Shown here: positions 53,415 to 61,708 of the stretch, in pieces | Numbering within the stretch: position 1 is the first letter of the stretch | Layout: the number at the start of each line of letters is the position of its first letter | Origin: an uncultured Chloroflexia bacterium | GTDB taxonomy: Bacteria; Chloroflexota; Anaerolineae; JAAYZQ01 | Reading direction: 5' to 3' | DNA length: 64,000 nucleotides | Assembly: GCA_963700285.1 (NCBI GenBank) | Contig: CAVOXA010000010.1 | Span: 1,440,001-1,504,000 of the forward strand | The notes under the pieces: generated by a model | What the model saw: only the letters and a program-made list of their open reading frames with translations | Told to the model about the DNA's origin: nothing | Database searches by the model: none | Made by a program: the position numbers and the translations under genes

Positions 53415-56400
53415 ATGCCCGCGTTGACCTGGTTGCACCTGTCGGACCTTCATTTCCGGACGGAGGACCTGCACGCCTGGGACGAGGACCTTGTCCTGCG
53501 CCGGCTGCTGGACGACGTACGGCAGCGCGTGGCCGAGGGGCTGGCCCCCGACCTCATCTTTGTCACGGGCGACCTGGCCTTCAGCGGCGCGCCGGCCGAG
53601 TACGCCCTGGCCCGGGCCTTTTTCGACGACCTGCTGGCGGCGACGGATCTGCCCAAGGACCGCCTCTTCCTGGTGCCCGGCAACCACGACGTGGACCGCA
53701 AGCGATCGGCGTCGGGGCCAGGCGATCGCGCCCAACCTGACCACGCGGGAGGCCGTCAACGAGGTCGCTGGGCGATGCCAGCGGCGCGCCGCGGGTTGCT
53801 GGCCCGGTTCGAGGGCTATGCCGCCTTCGTCAACGACCTACTTCGGCGCACCTGGCCTTCGACGATGCGAGCGCTACTTCTACGTCCGGCGCCTGGACGC
53901 TGGCGGGCGGCGGGTGGCGGTGCTGGGCCTCAACTCGGCCTGGCTGGCCCAGGGCGGCGACGAGGACCGCGGCCAGCCTGGCCCTGGGCGAGCGCCAGGT
54001 GCGGGCGGCGCTGGACGCCGGCCGGGGAGGCCAGCCTGCGCCTGGCGCTGCTGCACCACCCCTTCGACTGGCTGCGCCGACTTCGACCGCGACGACTGCG
54101 AGGCGCTGCTGGCGCGGGCTGCGATTTTGTGCTGCACGGCCACCTGCACCGAGACCGGGCTGACCCTGCAGCAGACCCCCGACGCCCGGGCGATGGTCAT
54201 CGCCGCCGGGGCCGGCTTACGAGACGCGCCGCAGCGCCAACGCCTACAACCTGGTGCGGCTCGACCTGGAGGCCGGGCAGGGGACGGTCTACCTGCGGGC
54301 CTGGAGCGACCGGGGCGGTGGGTTCTGGACCAGGGACGTGCTGACCTACCGGAATGTGCGACGATGGGCGGTACACCTTTCGCATTGGCGCCAGCCGCCG
54401 AGAAGCCGCGCGCGGCCGAAAAGGGCCGGCCGCGACCCGGCCGCTGGCCGGCCACCGGCCAGCGCTACCTGGCGCACCTGCGGACCGCTACCGCTACCTG
54501 GAGTTCAAGGGCATGGGCGTCTCGGACCGGGTGCCCCTGCGGCTGCCCCTGGTCGAGATGTACGTGCCGCTCAAGGCGCGCATCGAGCTGCCCGAGGGCG
54601 AGACCTGGGCGCGGGACCTGCGCCTGGCCGGGCGCGAGGTCAGCGACGAGGAGGCCGAGGCGATGGGCCATCGCCTGAGCGAGCCGCGACCCGTTCTGGA
54701 CCTGCTGCGCGAGCACGACGGCCTGATCATCCTGGGCGATCCCGGCGCGGGCAAGACCACCTTTCTCAAGTACCTGGCCCTGCGGCTGGCGCACGGGCGA
54801 GGGCGAGGCGCTGGGCCTGGGCGACCGCCTGCCGGTGCTGCTGCCCCTGTCGGCCTATGCCAACGCCCTGGCGCGAGCGGGACGTGCCCCTGGACCGCTT
54901 CATCGCCGAGCTACTACCACGACCGGGGCGTGGACCTGCCGCTCGGGCCCCATGCTGGACGAGGCGCTGGCCGAGGGCGGGCGCTGCTGCTGCTGGACGG
55001 CCTGGACGAGGTCCGGGACCTGGCCCAGCGCCACCTGGTGGTGGAGCGGGTGGTCGATTTCTTCGCCTTCCACCGGCGGCAGGGCAACAAGTTCGTCCTC
55101 ACCAGCCGCATCGTCGGCTACCGCGAGGTGCGGCCCGACGGCCGAGGGGCTGGCCGAGTGCACGCTGGTCGATTTCGACGACGAGGAGATCGCCGAGTTT
55201 GTGGACAGGTGGACGGCGGCGCTGGAGCGGGCGGCGCGGGGCGACACGGCCGGTGGCCGCCCAGGAGGCGGAGCGCGAGCGGGAGGAGCTGCTGGCGGCC
55301 GTGCAGCGCAACCCGGGCGTGCGCCGCCTGGCGGCCAACCCGCTGCTGCTGACCATCCTGGCGCTGATGAAGCGCCAGGGCGTGACGCTGCCCGAGCGGC
55401 GGGTCGAGCTGTACCAGAAGTACGTCGAGACGCTGCTCAAGCACTGGAACCTGGCGCGGGGCCTGGGCCGGCCGCCCAGCCGCGACCTGGACGTGGTGGA
55501 GACGGTGCGGGTGCTGGCCCCGCTGGCGCTGTGGATGCACGAGACCAGCCCCGGCGTGGGCCTGGTCAAGCGGGAGGCGATGCGGCGCAAGCTGGACGAG
55601 ATCTATGCCGGGCGGGGCGTCGACGAGCCGGAGCGGGCGGCCCGGCAGTTCCTGGCCGACGTGCGCGAGTACGCCGGGCTGCTGCTGGAGCGGGGGGCGG
55701 GCCAGTACGGCTTTATCCACCTCACCTTCCAGGAGTACCTGGCGGCGGTGGCCACGCCCCGCCGCGGCACTGGCAGGGTGGAGCCCTGCCCCTGGAGCTG
55801 GCCTGGCAGACGGTCGCCCAGTTCCGCGCCTTCGTGGAAGCCAGCGGCTTCCAGCCCGGCGATCCCGACTGCCTGCGCGATCCCGACAGCCGCCCCGTGG
55901 TCTGTGTATCCTGGGACGACGCGCGGGCTTACAGAGTGGGCTGGCCAAGGCCTACCTACCGGGAGGACCTGCCGCCCGAACTGGCCGCCGCCCTGCGGGA
56001 CCGGGGCTGGACGGTGCGATTGCCGACCGAGGCCGAGTGGGAAAAGGCCGCTCGCGGCAGTGATGGTCGGCAGTACCCCTGGGGCGACAGTTGGACGCGA
56101 ACAGGTGCAACTCGTGGAGATCAGGTGTCAGGCAGACATCGCCGGTGGGTCGTTCTTCCCCGGCGGGTGACAGCCCCTGTGGCGCGCTGGATATGGCCGG
56201 AAATGTGTGGGAGTGGTGCCAGAGTCTGTACGAACGTTACCCCTACCGGATGGACGATGGCAGAGAAGATCTGGCAGCTCAGGGCCTCCGGGTGCTGCGG
56301 GGCGGGTCGTGGGACGACGGTCGAGTCGATGCCCGCTGCGCCCTACCGTAGCAGGAGCAATCCCGACATTTGGTACGACGTTGTGGGGGTGCGGTTGGTG

Positions 56401-56427
56401 GTGGCCCCCGTGCGTTCTGATTCCTGA
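53415..56427 (+). CDS. Metallophosphoesterase-NACHT-FGE/SUMF1 (CLec-fold) multidomain protein; putative DGR target; many frameshifts and a probable internal deletion
   Basis: LHLSDLH, TGDL, PGNHD, LHGHLH; [32 protein letters not shown]; [36 protein letters not shown]; promoter TTGTGA-17-TATAAT at 53344-53372. Confidence 0.85.
56292..56410 (+). other. Putative DGR variable region (VR)
   Basis: [32 protein letters not shown]; variable codons are mostly NNY (GAC GAC GGT GTC GAT AGC AGC AAT ATT TAC GAC GTT), as expected from AAY template codons. Confidence 0.7.
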
Positions 56428-56467
56428 GTTTCTGACTTCTGTTTTCTGGGGCGAGCGCAGCGAGCCA

Positions 56468-56508
56468 GCGCGCCGCAGGCGCGCCCTGCTTTTCCCGCCG
56501 GAGGCGGG
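56468..56508 (+). promoter_or_regulatory. Two GNA-triloop hairpins (DGR target-recognition-like) downstream of the VR
   Basis: GCGCGCC-GCA-GGCGCGC (56468-56484) and CCCGCC-GGA-GGCGGG (56494-56508), preceded by a TTCTG-repeat tract at 56415-56448. Confidence 0.7.
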
Positions 56509-56538
56509 TCGCCGCCCACGGCTTTGGGGAGGAACCTG

Positions 56539-56655
56539 GTGAAAACCTACCGCAACCTCTACCCCGGGGTGCACGACTTTGAGAACCTGTACCGGGCCTA
56601 CCGCCGGGCGCGCAAAGGCAGGCACGGGCGGGCTCCTTCCGCGAACAGACCCTAA
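56539..56655 (+). pseudogene. N-terminal stub of a DGR-type reverse transcriptase
   Basis: GGAGG SD then MKTYRNLYPGVHDFENLYRAYRRARKGRHGR..., stopping at TAA inside a REP palindrome. Confidence 0.75.
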
Positions 56656-56665
56656 GGGTTTTCCG
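56579..56665 (+). repeat. 87-bp direct repeat, copy 1 (RT stub plus REP arm)
   Basis: Matches 57745-57831 with four mismatches. Confidence 0.92.
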
Positions 56666-56680
56666 AAACCCTTAGGGTCT
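56647..56680. repeat. REP family B palindrome at the 3' end of the RAYT
   Basis: AGACCCTAAGGGTTT-TCCG-AAACCCTTAGGGTCT. Confidence 0.92.
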
Positions 56681-57345
56681 TATGTGTAATCCTCCGCGAT
56701 CAATGGTGCGATCAGGGACTGATCCACCTCCCGGCAGTGGGTAGCCCGGAATCCAGCCACGCCATCGAACCAACCCAACACCGCATCCCGCTGAAGGTGC
56801 GTTGCTTTCTGTGAAAGCATGGCGTGATAGGAAGAGAATTCCCACTCGCGGTAGTCGTCGACAAAGCCGTGCTTCTGCGGGTTGCGGTGGATGTAGGCGA
56901 TGAGCTGGATCAAGTACGCATCAGAAGTCACAGGCTTCCGGCCAAAGGGGTTTTCGAACAGACTCCCGGTCCGTCCATAGGCCTTGTTGACCGCCTTGGC
57001 GTAGGCATTGAACAGGTTTCCGAACTGCTGGCTCGGCTTCTTGGGCTTGAACTCCGCAGGCCAGACCCTAAGGGTTTCCGACGGACCTTTGGTCCGCACC
57101 CTTGGGGTCTCAAGGTTGTGGAAGGCTTCCTTCTGCTCCTCGACCGTCCTGACATACACGAGCAGGTGGAAATGGTTGCGCAGTAGGCAGTAGGCAAAGG
57201 TGTCGGCCACCGGCTCGATGTGCCTGGCATAGAGCGCCAGGAAATGCCGGTAGTTGCGTGCCTCGAAAAAGATGTCCTCCCCGTTGTTGCCCCGGTTGTA
57301 GATGTGGTAGTACTGGCCGTATTCCAGTGGGTTTGGGCTTGTCAT
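56680..57345 (-). mobile_element. REP-associated tyrosine transposase (RAYT, Y1 HUH)
   Basis: YYHIYNRGNN, AYCLLRNHFHLL (HUH), GSLFE, YIHRNP (catalytic Tyr), WEFSSY; flanked by oppositely oriented REPs. Confidence 0.9.
57063..57110. repeat. REP family B copy inside the RAYT coding sequence
   Basis: AGACCCTAAGGGTTTCCG..GGTCCGCACCCTTGGGGTCT, translated in frame as ETPRVRTKGPSETLRVW. Confidence 0.85.
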
Positions 57346-57357
57346 GGTGCTACCCCT

Positions 57358-57391
57358 AGACCCTAAGGGTTTCGGAAAACCCTTAGGGTCT
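57358..57391. repeat. REP family B palindrome upstream of the RAYT
   Basis: AGACCCTAAGGGTTT-CGGA-AAACCCTTAGGGTCT; loop is the reverse complement of the 56647 copy. Confidence 0.92.
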
Positions 57392-57399
57392 GTCCTCTC

Positions 57400-57744
57400 T
57401 CACTCTTCCGTAAAGTAATCCATATCGACACGCTTCAGCTCGTAGCTGGCAACCCTAGCCACGCCAATGTCAAAGTCAACCATCAGTTGTGTAAGCGTGT
57501 CACCATCAATCAGCACGATCTTGCTGTCAATCCGTGACACGTACTCGCGGGCTGCCTTGCTGAAAGCCGACGTGGTGATGAAAACTCTCTTTCGCGCGAA
57601 CTTTTGGATCTCTGGCCGGCTGACGGTGTTCTCCCATTTCTTGGCTTGGATGTACACAATGTCCAGACCTAGCCGGTCTTCCTTGATGATCCCATCGATA
57701 CCGCCGTCACCGCTCCTGCCAATTGCCTCACCCGCGTCCTTCCG
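57400..57744 (-). pseudogene. mrr: C-terminal fragment of an Mrr type IV restriction endonuclease
   Basis: GRSGDGGIDGIIKEDRLGLDIVYIQAKKW..VFITTS..LIDG..DYFTEE; N-terminal half absent and a short internal gap after IQKF. Confidence 0.85.
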
Positions 57745-57861
57745 TTGAGAACCTGTACCGGGCCTACCGCCGGGCGCGCAAGGGCAAGCGGGGGCGGGCT
57801 CCTTCCGCGAACAGACCCTAAGGGTTTTCCGCCGGAGCTCCGGTCCGCACCCTTGGGGTCT
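57745..57861 (+). repeat. 87-bp direct repeat, copy 2 (ENLYRAYRRARKGKRGR), running into a fourth REP family B copy (57813-57861)
   Basis: Direct sequence comparison with 56579-56665 and 57063-57110. Confidence 0.9.
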
Positions 57862-58075
57862 AGCCACCAGTTTCTATTGGTCCGTAGCCCGACCTGTCCT
57901 TGATATACCCGTTTGCTGCGCAGAGAGATTGTAACATAAACAGGACGGCTTGGGAAATCGGGTCACTGGATTGCGACGACGTGCCTGGTCGCTGTCTCAC
58001 CTACCACGCTTCCCGCCCACACCAAATTGGTCCCCCATAGCCCCTATGGTATAATTTCCCCCATCTGGAGACCAA

Positions 58076-60007
58076 ATGTCCGTCATTGACGCAGAACGTA
58101 TCGCCAAAACCTATGAACCCTTTGACATCTTTTGGGACGTGTCGTGCAGCGTCGCCTGGGGGGACCGTATTGCCCTCGTCGGCCGCAACGGCACGGGCAA
58201 GACCACCCTGCTGCAACATCCTGGCCGGGCTGGACGAGCCCAGCCGGCGGCCAGGTGCACCGCGCCCGGGGGCTCCGCATCGGCTACCTGCCCCAGGGGG
58301 CCATGCTGGAGGGCGAGGCTGGCCCCCTCGCAGGACTCGGGGTACAACCTCGTGGCAGGAGATGATGACGGTCTTTGAGCCGCTGCGCGAGATGGAGGGC
58401 CGGCTCCACAGGCTGGAGCTGGAGATGGCGGACCCGGCCCGCACCGACGCGGCCCTGGAGGCCTATGCCCACCTGCGCGACGAATTCGAGTCCCTGGGCG
58501 GCTATACCTACCAGGATCGGGCCAAACATGTGCTGATGGGCCTGGGCTTTCCGCCGGAAGAGCACGACATGCCCCTGGCCCACCTCAGCGGCGGCCAGAA
58601 AACGCGCGCCTTCCTGGCCAAACTGCTGCTCGAGTCCCCGGACCTGCTGCTCCTGGACGAGCCGACCAACCACCTGGACCTGCAGGCCATCGAGTGGCTG
58701 GAGGGCTACCTCAACACCTGGGAGGGCACGGTGGTGTTGGTCGCCCACGACCGCTACTTTATGGACCGGGTGGTGCGCAAGGTGTGGGAGCTGGCCTTTG
58801 GTCGGCTGGAGGACTATGCGGGCAACTATAGCCACTATGTCCAGCAGCGCGCCGAACGCCACGAGCGGCGGCTCAAGGAGTACAAGGCCCAGCAGGCTGT
58901 TTGTCGCCAAGGAGGAGGACTTTATCCGGCGCTACATGGCCGGCCAGCGCACCCGCCAGGCCCAGGGCCGGCTCAAACGCCTGGAACGCTTCAAGCGGGA
59001 CAAGGCGCTGGACCGCCCTCGCGAACAGCACACGCTCAAGCTGCAGCTTCCAGGCCCCGCTGCGCAGCGGCGACAGGGTGATCTGGACCCAGGATCTGGT
59101 GGTGGGCTACGATCCGGAGGCGCCGCTCTTTCACTGCCCCGACCTGGACCTGCGCCGGGGCGAGTGCGTGGCGCTGCTGGGGCCCAACGGCTCGGGCAAG
59201 ACGACCTTTCTCAAGACCATCCTGGGCGAGATCGAGCCGCTGGCGGGCTATGCCCGGCTGGGGGCCAGCCTCAAGATCGGCTATTTTGCCCAGGTGCACG
59301 CCGACCTGGATCCCGCCAAGAGCGTGCTGGACAGCATCCTGGAGGTCAAGAACCTGCCGCTGGGCGAGGCCCGCAGCTTTTTGGCGCGCTTTCTTTTCAG
59401 CGGCGACGACGTGTTCAAGCTCATCGGCGAGCTGTCGGGCGGCGAGCGGAGCCGGGTGGCGCTGGCCAGGCTGGTGATGCAGCGGGCCAACTTTTTGCTG
59501 CTGGACGAGCCGACCAACCATCTGGACATCGCCAGCCAGGAGGTCCTGGAGGAGGTCCTGGACGATTTCGAAGGCACCATCGTGCTGGTGACCCACGACC
59601 GCTACCTGGTGGACCGGCTGGCGACCCAGCTTTGGGTCATCGATCCAAAGACGCAGGCGCTGAGACTGTTCCGGGGCACCTGGGCCGAGTACGTCGAGGC
59701 CCAGAACCGCGCAGCGCAGGCGCCCGAGGTCCGGGAGGTCAGGGACAAGTGGTCCGAGGACCAGCGCCAGGCCCGGCGCGAGGAGCAGCGCTCCCGCCGC
59801 GAGGAAGAGGCCCGCCAGCAGCGCGCCGCCGAGGTCGAGATCGAGATCCACCAGCTCGAAGCCCAGCTCACGGCGCTACAGGACGAGCTGGACGCGGCGA
59901 CGGAGGCCCAGGAGGCCATGCGCCTGCACGAGCTGGGCAGCCTCTATGGCGAGTTGGAAGGCCAGTTGCAGGCAGCGCATCGACCTGTGGGCGGAACTGG
60001 CGGCTGA
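58076..60007 (+). CDS. ABC-F family ATP-binding protein, frameshifted
   Basis: GRNGTGKTT, LSGGQKTR, LLDEPTNHLD twice, GPNGSGKTT, C-terminal coiled coil; no TM segments. Confidence 0.9.
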
Positions 60008-61133
60008 TGGGGACCAGAAACGCGTGGTCCCTTGCACCCGTGCTCATCGGCCTGACGGGCAACATTGCCACCGGCAAGAGCGAGGTGGCCCGGATGCTGG
60101 CCGGGCTGGGGGCGCGGACCATCGACGCCGACCAGGTCGCCCACGAGGTGATGCGGCCCGGCGGCCCGGCTTACGACGCCGTCGTCGAGGCATTTGGCCC
60201 CGGGATCCTGGCCCCTGATGGCGCCATCGACCGGGCCAAGCTGGGGGCCATCGTCTTTCGCGATGCCCGCGCCCTGCGGCGCCTGGAGGCCGCCGTCCAT
60301 CCGGCGACCATCGCCGAGGTGGACCGCCGCATTGCCGGGGCGACAGAGCCCGTCGTCGTGGTGGAGGCCATCAAGCTCATCGAGGCGGGCATGCACCGAA
60401 ACTATGACGCCCTGTGGGTGGTGATTTCCCCGCGCTCGCTCCAGATCGCGCGGCTGGTGGCCGCGCGGGGCATGACCGGGGAGGAGGCCGCGCTGCGCGT
60501 CGATGCCCAGCCGCCCCAGGAGGAAAAGGCGGCGTTGGCCGATCGCGTGTTTGTCAATGACGGCGACCTGCACGATCTGCGGCAGGAGGTGGAGGCGGCG
60601 TGGGCGCAGACTCTGGGAAGTCGAGACGACCTGATCGTCCGCCCCGTGCGGCGCAGCGACATCCGGGACGCCGCGGGGGTGGCGGCGGTGCTCAACAGCG
60701 TCATCGCCGAAGGGACGTTTACCGCGCTGGCGGGAGCAGTTTACGCCCGAGGCGGAGCTGGCCTTCCTGCAGGGGCTGGGGCCGCGCAGCGAGCTTTTTG
60801 TCGCGGTGGTTGGCGGGCACGATCGTAGGCTTTCAGGTCATCGAGCCCTTTGTGGCCTATACACCGACGATGGATCACGTCTGCCAGCTCGCCACCTACG
60901 TGCGCTCCGGACTCCGGGGACGGGGCATCGGCCGGCGGCTGGCGCAGGCCACCTTTGCCTTTGCCCGGGCGCATGGCTACGAAAAGGCCGTCATCTTTGT
61001 GCTGGCCGCCAACCAGGGCGGCCTGGCCTACTATGGCGGGCTGGGTTTTGAAAAGCGCGGTGTCCTGACCCGCCAGACCAGGATCAACGGCGTGTACCAC
61101 GACGAGGTGTTCCTGGAGATGCACTTTGACTGA
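60007..61133 (+). CDS. coaE: Dephospho-CoA kinase fused to a GNAT acetyltransferase (frameshifts within the GNAT part)
   Basis: IGLTGNIATGKS, IDADQVAH, IDRAKLG, VHP, EAIKLIE; reading frame continues into IVRPVR..VLNSVIAEG; GRGIG and YHDEVFLE in the shifted frame. Confidence 0.8.
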
Positions 61134-61136
61134 TCA

Positions 61137-61235
61137 AGACCTGACAGGTTTCCAGAGGCGCTGTGTCAAGAGCGTACAATGGCGCCGGGCAGGCATCTAG
61201 CAGAGCTCAGTCCCCGACAGAAACCTGTCAGGTCT
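61137..61235. repeat. REP-like 16-bp inverted repeat pair
   Basis: AGACCTGACAGGTTTC (61137-61152) / GAAACCTGTCAGGTCT (61220-61235). Confidence 0.8.
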
Positions 61236-61255
61236 GGCCTTGAGGGAGGAAAGAG

Positions 61256-61480
61256 ATGTCCTTGAGAGCGTTCATACAGCGGCACCCGCAATTGACCGCC
61301 TGGGCCGTACTGGCCCTGGGCATGGTCATCATCCTGCTGTGGGCCGCCAAAGACGTGGGCCTGCTGCCGGGACAATGGGCAGCGTTGATCGTGGCCACGA
61401 TCCTACTCGCGGGTTTGTGCGTGTGGATCATTGGCTGGAACGGGGAGGAAGAAGGGGCCGAGCCCGAGACCGGGGAATAG
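61256..61480 (+). CDS. Small two-TM hypothetical protein
   Basis: GGAGG SD; two hydrophobic segments and an acidic tail. Confidence 0.7.
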   Translation: MSLRAFIQRHPQLTAWAVLALGMVIILLWAAKDVGLLPGQWAALIVATILLAGLCVWIIGWNGEEEGAEPETGE

Positions 61481-61562
61481 GACGCTGTCCAACCCACGAC
61501 GAGGGACAGATTGGTCCTGTTTTCCAAAGCCGGAGTCATCTATCGACCGTGTGGCACAACCA

Positions 61563-61594
61563 GACCTCGAGGGTTGGGGAAAACCCCCGAGGTC
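61563..61594. repeat. REP-like palindrome
   Basis: GACCTCGAGGGTT-GGGGAA-AACCCCCGAGGTC, one mismatch. Confidence 0.5.
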
Positions 61595-61708
61595 AGACCG
61601 GCTGGCCCCCGCCCCTGGATTTGCTCTTCTGTGAGTTATGTGTTACTATTGCGGTAATTCTTCTGTTGAACGGGGTTTTCTGGCTGAATCAGGCAGATGG
61701 TACAGGAC

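Noticed and set aside
56680-57345. IS200/IS605 element with TnpB
   Set aside because: No tnpB; the motifs (NP..G, W..SSY) and flanking REP palindromes indicate a RAYT
56539-57861. Complete DGR or group II intron
   Set aside because: No RT catalytic core (YxDD), Avd, template repeat or intron domain V was recognised; only a stub is present
58798-60828. 676-aa ORF
   Set aside because: An off-frame ABC-F segment running into the true CoaE frame; the real start is 60007
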